From the NCBI RefSeq assembly GCF_026210795.1, contig NC_089430.1, forward strand, positions 1,736,001 through 1,800,000: a stretch of 64,000 nt of DNA, given 5' to 3'. Each line of letters begins with the position of its first letter. The first letter of the stretch is position 1. Of this stretch, positions 39,908 to 51,891 are shown in pieces. The notes under the pieces are model-generated. The model was not told where the DNA came from, made no database searches, and saw nothing but the letters and a program-made list of their open reading frames with translations. The position numbers and the translations under genes were made by a program. This DNA comes from Rhizophagus irregularis (lineage: Eukaryota).

Positions 39908-41947
39908 TATCCAGCCCTATTTGGGTGGGTCATGTGAAATTTGGAAAAAGAAACTTCCAAAGGGTAATCTATCTTTTGCTGTAAAGAAGTGGAAAACAAC
40001 ATGGTAAAAAAAGGTCGTAAAGATAAAATATAAAAACTCTATTCAGAGGGCAAAAGGTGAATAAAGAAGAGGGTTTTCCGTCCAAGGCCAAGGTACAGGG
40101 CCTCTCTCTTCTACCGCTTTCAGCAGTTTTTAAAGGTGTAAGTGTGAAAATATATGAAAAAAAATTTTTACTGTGGATTTCTATGAAATCTGACGGAAAG
40201 AGGAGAAAGTTTTTTTTTTGTTTTTTTTTTCTTAGTTTAGCTCGAACTATATTTTAGTAGCAATTTATTATTTAAAAGATTTTAATCACATGAGCCGATA
40301 GATACTATTTGTCATTTATCAATTTGTGCTATCTACTGACTTTAAATAGAATAATAAAAAAACGCTCTTATAAAAAAAAATTTGAAGTTTATATGTTTTA
40401 ATTATAATATTTATACTTTTTTTGCAATATTTGGCAGAAAAAGTACATTATTACAAATGATGATATCATAAAAAGAGAATTTTAAATTGTACAATTTTAC
40501 AAAAAACTTTGTAACTAATACTACTAAGTACTAATTCTACCTTCGATTAGTAAAAGAAATGAATCGTATAATAATTAAATCATATAGTAATTAGATTTAC
40601 ATTACTCACTTCTTTTTTATTAGGACCATTAACCAAATTGTTGAAGGCATTTTTACATTTATACTCCACCATGTTACAATTATCTATATTCTTATGTAAA
40701 TATGTTTTGAAAATATGTTAAAAGTTACTTCTGTCGATTTTGCGTCAGGTGATAATTGACGTATGTCAGATGTAAATTGATACCTGACATGCATCACTTT
40801 TCACATAAAATTAAGATCATTAAATTTCTAGAAAATTTATTATTATCACATTAAAGAATATGCGATCCTAAAATATCAGATTGTTGATTAAAACTTATTT
40901 ATATACTATATATACTATGAGTTTTTAATAGAAATAATTTATTGTGATTTACAAATTTACTTATAGAATAAAAGGAAATTTCATTAATATAAAAAAAATT
41001 GTTTATTATGGAAGAGATACAGGTGACGCTGGTGACGTGCGTCAGGTATCAATTTCCATCTGACACACATAATACCTGAGACACATATATATTAGTTATA
41101 CTAGTTCTGCATACTGACATGTGACACTATACCAGCATTATGATATAATTTGGCCTGAATTAAAAATCATATACAATGCTGGCCGGCATTACATCATAAA
41201 TTCACCATCACCACCAGTGATATTTAGTAATACCAAAAATTAATTATATAAAACTTATTCCTTAATATTTCTTTAGCAACTATGAATACTGCGAACCGGA
41301 GCCAAAACAATCTCCTGAGTTGAAAATTTCAGATATATTTTAAAAGTCATGAAGAATTTGTGGCAAGAGTTCAAAATTACGCATCATTTTGTAATTTTCA
41401 GATATGATTGAGTAAAGTAGGACATGATAAAGAAAAAAAATATTATTAGAAAAATAATATATTTACGCGCAGATGTTTCTGAAAGTAAAGAGGATAAAAC
41501 TAATTATTCAAGAGATCGTAAATCTCAAAAATGTAATTGACCATTTTCATTAGAGCTTCACTTGATAATAATAATAGACTTTAGCTACCGCAGGTCAGAT
41601 GTCATGTATTTTATGTCCATGAACTGTTAGTTTAACATCCATTTTAGTTAGTATAAATGCCCATTTACAGAAAATGCTAAAATGTGTTTTTGATTATATT
41701 ACGTAAATATTATATCATTTTTTCTTATGCATGTTAATACGAGATTAAAAGCAATAAACAATTATAAATAAAATACATAGTTTTAGTTAGATTCTTATTC
41801 CTCGTTTAGATGATTCTGAATTAAAGAACGGTATTAGTAACATAAATATGTGAAATATATATCATAATATAGCGCCAACCTACCAAATAAATTGACATTT
41901 TTGATGCCACTATTTTTTCATTCATCTTCTCTGTACTGCTATGAGGG

Positions 41948-42324
41948 TAGAGTTGCGATCCGTCAATCCGTAAATAAACACATTTCTGCCATTCTATGAA
42001 TATTAAGTCAATAAAAAGAATTTTTTTTTTTTGAGATATCTTATGAATATCTATCAATACATAATATGATAAAAAAAAATTGTCTTCAAAAATAAAAGTG
42101 GAGAGAAAATTAAAACGGATTGAAATTCATCCGGATTGGATGAAAAATCAATCCGTTTTTATTTTCTCTTTTTTTTTGTATTAAATAGTAATTTTTTAAA
42201 TTACTAGATTGTGCATTGGAATGCAGTCTTATAATATATAAAAAACAATTTAATCTTTATTAATTAAAATCTGTGTATAATTGCCAAAATGTGCCCTTTC
42301 GGATTCATCCGGATCGTAACTCTA
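41948..42324. mobile_element. hAT-type MITE (TIR TAGAGTT(G/A)CGATCCG), TSD tatgaggg
   Basis: TSD 41940-41947 and 42325-42332. Confidence 0.92.
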
Positions 42325-45300
42325 TATGAGGGTCGAAAAATACATATCTGCCGATCTGCGGAATTAACAAAATTCGTCTAAATTAAGGAATTTGACAATA
42401 ATTTAATAAAAATTAGGTAAATTAAGTTTTACAAAAATGATCACACTTGTGCTACATGATCATATAACAAATATTAAGAAATTACTTCAACAAAAAGTAG
42501 CGTTAAAAAAATTTTTTTCTTTCATAAACTCCCTATTAAACTCCCCATCAACCCCCCATCAACTTTTCAAACAGTTTTTACATCAAGTAAGTTGAGAATT
42601 TTTGCAAGTATATTTGTAATTATTTTATATTAGATACAACTTGGAGCTGTTTTTTTATTTTTTTTTTTATAGTTTATAGAAAAAATTTATTTAGAAAGCA
42701 AAATTATTCAAAAAAAATCTTTTCAATAAATAAATAACTCTAAATATTAATAATGATGTTTTAGCAAATTTAGATTATGTATTGATTAGTTGTTTAATTA
42801 AAATCTATTTGATATTTATTATTAATTATTTTTCAGTTAATTTTTTTTTGTTAAATCATTAAATATTCTGAATTTTGTAAAGTTTTTCTTTTGTTTTTTT
42901 TAATAAACTAACTTTATAATATTTTTTTTCTTTTTTTTCTAGAAACTCCTTCTACTGGCTTCGGGTTAAAGAGGTAAATATTTTGGGAGAGGTCTTAAAA
43001 GTTTTTTTATATATTTTTTGACATTTTTTCTTACGTAGGAACGGGTTTTGATCAATTTTAATCGGTACTGCACCACATAACTGATGATCGGCAAATTCCG
43101 CAAATCAGCGGATATGAACTCAACAATTGCTATAGTAAACGCTGCTGAATAATTTGAAGGAGAACCTTTAGGAAACACTTTTTCCATTATAAACTCCATG
43201 TAGGTTTTAGAATTTTCTAGAGGACCAATTGGATCATTAAGGTGTTCAAAGACCATTTTGCTTTCACTCTGTCCATCCGCCTACCGACCATTGACTTGAC
43301 AGTAGGCAGATTTTTCTTCTGCAAAGGTCTGATACATGGCATTTTTGATTTTTCACTAAGTAAACCACAGGTGTGGTGATAATGATCACATTAATACAAA
43401 CTTGTTAACAATTTATTACTCAGTATAAAATACAAATAATGAAAAAGCATGACCTGATGAATAATTTAATGATCAAGTAGTAGGTATTTCCATCGCGTTT
43501 CTATATAATTTTGACATTGAGGTGATTTTGTAGTTCTACTTCAGCATCAATAACTTCATATATTTCAGAATTTATAGGATATATAAGTAATGTGCAATCA
43601 AAATTATAACGTTTATTATGCAATCTTACATTCTAATAGAATAATTTGTTATTACTACCTGCCACCATGAATCTTGCAATGTTTTACGTAATACTTGTTC
43701 ATTGATTTCAACCAATGTAGTTTGGTTTCTTTCACAAATAATTAGTACTTCCTTTGCAGCCTGTTCAGCTTTTATAGCAGATTCAGATCTTTGATGATTA
43801 GCTCTAAAGTGAATGCAAATAATGCTAAATAAAAAAAATTATTGTATAAAAATAAAATATTGATAATATTATAATATGAATAAATGTATTTGTAACAGCT
43901 TTACATATCTTATTTGTAACATCCTTTTTTTATTTTTTTTTAATAATAAATTTAGTATGTAGTTTACAAATAAAATTTTTATATGCAAAATTTAATTTGG
44001 AAAACTTTTACTTAATGTACTTAAGACAGTTTCATAGACAAAATTTCAAGTTATAAGCAGTTTCTTGAAATTTTTTAAAAAATTCTTTTGTCTTGGTTAC
44101 ACAACTGATCTTTTTGTTTTTGTTTACATTTCGCCTGATCTTAAATTTTAATTGGATAAAATTGGGGGTTGTTACAAATAAGACGCGTAACAGGCTGTTA
44201 CAATTAGATTTATCCTTATAATATTATGAATACCATCTTTTTTGTTTATTTGTTGTTACTGACAATCTTTCAATATTTAACATCTGAAAAATAATTGTAG
44301 GCAGAAAGAACTTCATTAAAAAATGATGTATTATTTATTAAAATTTTCCACTGGTTCAATATTTAGAGAAAGGTTGTCATTAGGCTCTATATTCAATGTA
44401 AATTCTTTTTCTGTTAGAATATTTTTATCATTTGATTCTGCAAGAATAAAATTCATATAGATTAATAATATTAATATGTATGTTTTGTGTTAGTATTCAA
44501 AATATTTATTAACTTTACTTATAACTAACTCATGGTAACTTGAATTATTTGAACTTTGAGTTACAGAAGCAGCCTGATTATATTTTTGAGTTATTTGAAT
44601 GTTTCAATTTCAAGCCTTGAGCTTCTTGGTTTTTCGAGTTGCACAAGTATAAACCATTTTACAATATTTTCTTAAATATATATTTTCTTTATAAGAAAAT
44701 TATTGATAATAAATTTTGAACATGAGAAATTTTTTAAATCATTAGTATTTGGATTTGGATCATGTGGCTTATTTTATATGATTTAGTTTATTATAAGTCA
44801 CTGTAAAGTTTAATTGCTATACTGATTACAAAAATGATATAAAAAGGGAATAAAGATAAAAGGTGGCTTAATTATAATTGTTTTAAAAATATTAGCAATT
44901 AACAACCCTTTTTATTTCTATTAATAACTATTATTAACTATTTTTTTTAAAAATTAAACTATAAAAGGCTGATAATAGAATTTCTAATAAATAAATATGA
45001 ATAAAAATCGGTATTTAAATCGTTATCAACGCCCAAATTGCCCAAAATGATTTTTCCAGAAGGAATATTTCTTACAAATCATATTAAATCCCATGAAATT
45101 AATGAGTATAATGAGGGCATTTTATTTACGAAAAAGAAAATTGATATTTAGAAATTATATAGTTTTCAATTTGTCAGCAGATTAATGATCAGGATCATTA
45201 TTTAAGAAATTTATTGATACAACAATTATATTTTACATTCTATTATATTGCAAGGATAGAATTCGTGTCTATTAATATATATATTTAAAACTATTCTGTA

Positions 45301-45329
45301 AATTACAGTATATTTAAACAAGCGCAAAA

Positions 45330-46000
45330 TTTATGATGAAATTACTCAAAGCAAACTCCTAATTTTCTTAAGTTTTTTACAAGATTTGAATCGATATGGA
45401 AGATACATAACAAGTGGTTCGTATTGGGATGGATTTCTTTGATTGCACTAATTAAGGATGGATCTGAATCAGTAAATATAGGGTAGATACCCAATAAAAT
45501 AATCTCATTAAAATCCATCGAAAGTATCTAATGTTTCATCTTCTATAATTGCAGAAGCCAACGATCCTTGCCTTAAAATGATTATCTATTGGCAATGATG
45601 CAAAATATCATTCTGAACTGACGGATTTGTGTTTGATGCGGTATCTAAAATTACTTTGAAACCGTTCATATAAATTTCGCTGTGATGGTGACATTCACAA
45701 TAAATGATTTAACTTTCTTGTAGAAAGTTCTAAGCGTGGTTTAACAGTCCATAATAGATCCAAATCTTTCCAATTTAACAGCGTTTGGAGCATTTGAGAT
45801 GCATCTGAATCACCAGGGCTGTTTTTGAGACGAAACTGATATACTGCATTATATAAGTCTTTTTTAAATATGGTATGGCTATGCTTAAGTAACGGTAGAT
45901 CCAGAATCCATTCGGTCTTGTATGACATGTTTTTCTATGTCAGATAACATGATCCATATTAAATATTAACACGTTCGATACTTTTTGCATGTTTGATATC
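45330..46000 (-). pseudogene. MULE/FAR1-like transposase relic
   Basis: KKDLYNAVYQF...DASQMLQTLL...WMSPSQRNLYERF..VILDT..N...IIEDET...TDSDPSLISAI...LLCIFHI, broken by stops and frameshifts. Confidence 0.75.
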
Positions 46001-46444
46001 AGCGTTATTTTTATTATACCAAGAGGCTTTTTTTTTGGTTCTCACAGTTCGGCAAAGGCGTCTAAAAAAAAGATTAGACTTTCATATGTCAATAATAAAT
46101 TTTTATTATTATTTATTTTATTCTAAGAGGATGAGACTCGTACTAACTTGGTGTAGAATGTTAACTAGAAGTATAAATACATAGTAAAGAAGGCTAACTA
46201 AAGTAAGTTAACCAGCGCGTACTTCTTACCCTTCGTAAAAAAGAAAAAAGAAGAAAAAGAAATAATTATTATTAGAAAAACTACGCCGCTAAGTTAACTC
46301 ATACGAAGGGTTCAATAAAAACAAGGAATAGCAATAGAAAATAAAAATTTGTAACTAAACAAAAAAATTAATTCTATCTGTATTTTTCTTTTATCCGAAC
46401 TCCGAAGGTGTTGTACGTAAATAATGTTAGGTACGAGATGGGAA

Positions 46445-47677
46445 TAGTGCTTCGATCCGGATGAAAACCGTCATCCGGATTACACAAAAAAAAAAATCTG
46501 GATTCTATCCGGATTGATCCGGATTAATATCCGGGTCAGATAATCCGGATGGAAACCGGAATCCGGATTGGATTTACATATAAAATTTTTTTTGACTGCG
46601 GACTAGTTGATGATCCATATAATAAACATCGAATAGCATTCCAACATATTTATTATCAAAAAATTTTAACAAATATTTTATGAAATTTGGATTAAATTAA
46701 TATTAATATCAATTTAATTTTTAGAATTTATGGCTATACTTTGTAACTTTTACAACTTAATTAAACTTTATGTATTAATATTTAATAAAATACAGTATGT
46801 GGCTTTGTTAAATAAACACTATGGCTTTTATTTAATGAGAATCTGGGCTTTTTTTATGAACTTTATGGCTTTTATTTAATAAGGATCTAGGCTTTTTTAA
46901 TAAATTTTAAGACTTTTATCTAATAAAAATCCAGACTTTTTTAATAAACTCTGGGCTTTTTTAAATAAACTTTATGGCTTTTATTTAATAAGAATCTGGG
47001 CTTTTTTAATAAACTTTAAGGAGAAGAATAGTAAATAATTAATTTTTTTATTTTGTATTTTTTTTTTCAAATACTCTAACAATTTAGCAAAATTTTTTAT
47101 TTTTTAAAATTTTTTTTTATCTTCATATTTGAATTGAAAAAGGTGTATTTTTTACATTTTTAAAGTTAATAAAATAAAGAACATTTAAATATATTTTACA
47201 TTTAAAAAAAAACTATTTTACAGTTCTTTTCTAATTAGTCAGAACTGTTTTCGCGCAATAACTCGCTATCCAGTGATCATAAAAATATGATTAATGGATC
47301 ATTATAATCCACTCATAGAGAGCTTTTGAATGGTACCAAAATAACCTTTCTAGCATCAATAGATGGCGAGTTATTCATGTAAATATTTTAAAAATTATCT
47401 CATCATCTATCGAAGCTAGAAAGCTCATTTTAGTACCATTCGAAAGCTCTCGATGTGACGATGCCAATGAGCCATTAATCGTCTTTCTACGATTACTGGA
47501 TGGCGATATATTGCGTGAATATAGTAAATATATATGAAAACTCATCCGGATTCCGGTTCAAACCGGATATTTTCCATCCGGATCAAAATCCGGGTCAAAA
47601 TCCGGATATCCGGATAAAAAAAAAATCCGGATTCATCCGGATTCATCTGGATGAGACAGAAACGGATCGAAGCACTA
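46445..47677. mobile_element. hAT-type non-autonomous element (TIR TAGTGCTTCGATCCG), TSD gatgggaa
   Basis: TSD 46437-46444 and 47678-47685; ATCCGG repeats; inserted in a decayed BTB-gene start paralogous to ~14000-14170. Confidence 0.92.
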
Positions 47678-48029
47678 GATGGGAATTTGATTGTGAAATT
47701 CATACAATACTCAGAGACTGTGGACCACCTATTCAATAAGATTTGACCTAATTTCGAAAAAACTGAGTAGATATTATTATTATTCTTTTTATGCCGTAAA
47801 TGACGATTTGAATGAAATTAAGTTAGTGTAGTGTAACCGTGATGTACTAAAAAAAAATATGTTCGTTATCGAACTAGAATGTATGTTTTTGTGCTTGTCT
47901 GTGGGATTCATAAAATAATAAATACGCAAATAAAATCATTAGGCTGAAATTTTTAAGTCGTACAGAAAATTAGTTAATTATATTCAATTTTTAAATTTAA
48001 ACAAACTAAAAATTCAGGTTAGAAAAAAG

Positions 48030-49060
48030 TTGAAAGAAAAATATTTTATGCTAAAGTATATTGTTAAATTTATGGGAATCTTTTAAAAATCTACATTAAC
48101 GGATATCCAACAGATATGTGATTAATTACGGAAAAAAAGGACATAAAAATTTAGTTAATTTTCGAATAGTACTCATATTAAAACAACATTTTTCTTTTTA
48201 AGACAAATATTAATAAACAAAAATTAGTGACTTGTACCAAAATCGAGAAATAAGTATAAAAAAACGAACAAGAACGAATTAGTAAGAAAGTAACGTTTCA
48301 ATTTATTATATACAGTACATCTATTAATGTTTTTTTTTTTGTTTTACGCATAAAAAATTTTTCATAAAATAAGTTATACTTTAAAAAAAAAATTCTTGTA
48401 AATATTTTAATTTTTCAGTTACTCAATTTTAACTCACGTGATTAAGGATTTATATGGATCGACTGTTTACGTAAATTTTGTGAAACTAATTAATCTTCCG
48501 TACGACTTAAAAATTTCAGCCAAAATAATTTTCATTATTTTATTTACATATTTATTATTTTACCGCACAAAATAAAATTCCTCTTTTGGATGTGAAATTT
48601 TTTTTTCATTATATACAATTCTTTAAAAAGAAGTTGATAAAAAATATTTTATATAATGAATGAATAAAATATATTGTGAAATTTATGCGAACCTACGCCA
48701 ACGGATATCCAACGGAATTATCGGAAAAAAACGACATAAAAATTTAGTTGGCCTCGAATACTACCCATAAACAATATTTTTCTTTCTTTTTTTTTTTGAC
48801 AAATAATAATAAACAAAATTAGAGACTTAGCACCAAAATCGAGAAATACAACGAGTATAAAACTATACAAGAACGAACAAGAACGAATTAGAAAATAAAC
48901 AAAATTTATTATATACATCAATTGATGTTTTTTTTTTGTTTATTCATAAAAAATTTTTTCATAAAATAAGTTATACTTTAAAATTGAGAATTATTTTCCC
49001 TTTACTCAATTTAATTCACGTGATTAAGAATTCAGACTGTTTACGTAAATTTTGTGAAAC
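48030..49060 (+). repeat. Tandem duplication (~600 bp) of the kinase upstream region
   Basis: cggatatccaac...ggacataaaaatttagtt...cacgtgattaag...gactgtttacgtaaattttgtgaaact occurs twice here and once at 16140-16545. Confidence 0.8.
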
Positions 49061-49130
49061 TCAATCCGGAATTTAATAGACGTTCATCCTTTCATGTTTA
49101 AAATTGTATTTTAAATTTTATTATAGTATT

Positions 49131-51160
49131 ATGGCTACTATTCGACAAGAAATAGTTTTGGCTGCAATTAATAGAGCATTTGCATTAGTAGAGCCTAATA
49201 TTCAAAATAATTTGGAAAAACAACATGTATTTAGAAAACAAACTGTTCTTGCTGACAAATCTCTTACAGAGGGTGAAAAATCATATGCAGTAAAAATATT
49301 GAATAAAGGTTTTGATTATAATAAAATTCTTTATAATAAAGGAACAAAAAGAATTTGTGAAAATTGTCATGATGAATGTTTGGCTACATTATATTGTGAA
49401 CATTGTATTCGAAATTATTTAAAAGAAAATTTTTCAAACTGGACATCTGGAAATAATGATATTGATAATTTAATACAACAATGTCAAATAAAAGCACTTA
49501 GACCAGAATTGATAGTAGAATGGATTCCTTATAATAATTTACAAAATATTAAATACTTAACTAAAGGTGGATGTTCTGAAATTTATACAGCAGATTGGAT
49601 TGGTGGACGTTATGAGGAATGGGATTTAAAAGAAAAACAATTAAAAAGAGATGGAAGCATAAATGTAGTGCTCAAAAAATTAGAAAATGTTAAAAGTGCC
49701 AATAAAAGTTGGTTTGAGGAGGTATATACAAATAATTAAAAGTATTTTGAATTTTTTTTAAATTTTAATTGCAATTTTTTTAATTTTTGTAGGGTATATC
49801 TCATCTATACTTAAGTAGCAAAACTGGACTTATAGTGCAAAGTTATGGTTTAACTCAAAATCCAGATAATGGAAATTATATGATTGTAATGAATCATATG
49901 AGTTTTAATCTAAGAGAATATTTGCAACAAAATCATAATGAACTCACATGGAAAGAAAGAATTCAAATTATTGATAGTGTAATTGACGCAGTTTTGTCTA
50001 TCCACAGAGAGAATGCAATTCACAGAGATTTACATTCTGGAAATATATTATTTGGTCAACTAAATCAAAGCTTTTTCGTCAGTGATCTTGGATTTTGCGG
50101 ACCAGCTAATAAACCATTAGATTGCATATATGGAAATCTTTCATATATAGCACCTGAAGTTATTGTTAAAAAGAAATATACTTTTGCAGCTGATATTTAT
50201 AGTATTGGCATACTTATGTGGGAAATCTCATCTGGACAACCACCTTTTAATAATAAACATGATTATGATCTTGCAATAAAAATAGTAAAGGGAATGAGAC
50301 CAAAAATAATACCAGGCACTCCTTTAGAATATAAAGAATTAATGGAACAATGTTGGGATGCTAAACCTACGAAAAGACCTGATATTTACACTCTTTATTA
50401 TAAAATAAAGGATATTTATAGATGGCATTGTCAAAATGAAAATGAACAAAGAATAATTAGTAAAATTATGACTATTAATAACTCTCGATTAAGTACAAGA
50501 TTTAATGTAAATTCTAGTTCTAGTGATAGTTCCTTTTTTGGGAATTTTAGTGTAAATTCTAGTAATATGAATATTAGTAGTAGCGTTTATAATTTTGAAA
50601 ATTTACCTGAACCAAAAAATGCAACAAAAGGTAAGAATTTTTTATTATACAGTTTTACTTTTTACAATATAATATTAATTATTCATTTTATTTATTTAAT
50701 AGAAGAACAAGATGGTAATTTTTAAAATATGTTTAACTTAATATTGTTATTTTTTTACCATGTTAACTTTATTTTTATAGCTTATCATAGTATACAATTT
50801 GATTTTGATTTACAAGATGGTTTGATTATTGGTAAGATTAGCAAATGATATATTTTTTTAAAAAATTTCGACTTATAATTCTAATTTATATTCATTTATT
50901 TTTTAAATAAAATAGAAGAGAAATCTAATAAAAGAAGTTATTTTGATGGTAATAGCTCACTTTTAAATAATTATTACAATGCTGTAAATCAAATAATCAA
51001 ATTTTTATTTATTATAATAAAATAGATTATGAAAAAGATTTAGCTTATTACTCTAATAAAAAAGTCAATTCAAATAATAATGAAGGTAATTATTATTGAA
51101 ATTTTCATTTTTTATTTTTATCATTATTAATGTAATTAATATTAAATTTTAGAAATATGA
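49131..51160 (+). CDS. TKL-family protein kinase with multi-micro-exon C-terminal tail
   Basis: Exons 49131-49721, 49793-50630, then short phase-1 exons to TGA 51158-51160; CENCHDECLATLYCEHC, GGCSEIY, HRDLHSGN, SDLG, YIAPE. Confidence 0.88.
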
Positions 51161-51466
51161 TATCATTAAATTGGATACTAATATATGCAAAGAAATCATT
51201 CTGCGAGTAAGATGGATCTTAACTATTTATTAAATTAGATTACTATTTATTTATTATTTTATTTAGGATTATTTAAACACTAAGACTAGAGTAATTGCAA
51301 CTTTCTTAGTTTGTAATTTATATATATATAATTCATTTATTTATTTATAAACTTGTATACAATATATAGAATATGAATAAACTTATAATTTGAACAAGTT
51401 TATAATATTATAGATTTTTGCTATATTATTGAAATTAATTTGATTTTATTATAATATGATCGAAAC

Positions 51467-51891
51467 TAGGGATGGCAACGGTCGGTCATGGTCGGTCATC
51501 GGTCGGTCATAACCGGTCAAGAACCTTTGACCGACCGACCGACCATTTGACCGACCGGTCTGACCGACCGGTTAACCGACCGTTTGACCGACTGGTTAAC
51601 TGATCCTGAAAACGTTTGCAAAACGTAATTTAATTGAAATACTTAATAAAAAACGTTTTCGCAACATTTTCTATTAAAATAATTAAAAAAACGTTTGCAA
51701 AACATTTTTTTTTATTAAATTACGTTTCGCAAATGTTTTTAGGATCGGTTAAACGGTCGGTCAAACGGTCGGTTAACCGGTCGGTCAGACCGGTCGGTCA
51801 AACGGTCGGTCAGAGGTCTTTGACCGACCGATATCGGTCACGGTCATGACCGGTCATAACCGGTTAATGACCGTGACCGTTGCCATCTCTA
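51467..51891. mobile_element. hAT-type MITE (TIR TAG(G/A)GATGGCAACGGTC), TSD atcgaaac
   Basis: TSD 51459-51466 and 51892-51899; GACC/GGTC repeats; largely palindromic. Confidence 0.92.

Larger units (their letters stand above)
31316..40002 (-). pseudogene. Single disrupted ORF (~520 codons) of the retroposon, unknown family
   Basis: ORF pieces join across insertion TSDs: MLFSTSLQ..HPNRAGY|NKIYEIRRSKRSKSFFFEL ... HANLIFQHWKSKEMKHIYSNRLGITYTLR|YINNK ... FDRACHRIF..QKPLH|HQKHEWRKGF...KKTKP*; internal stops and frameshifts. Confidence 0.7.
30155..40231 (-). mobile_element. Non-LTR-type retroposon (~2.25 kb once four nested insertions are removed), no RT visible
   Basis: 19-bp TSD ttagtttagctcgaactat at 30136-30154 and 40232-40250; (TAAAAA)n tail at ~30155-30180; a truncated sister copy at 19654. 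Confidence 0.82.

Noticed and set aside
42966..43256. 96-aa ORF
   Set aside because: Looks like a decayed coding fragment, but no family is recognisable and no gene model could be built
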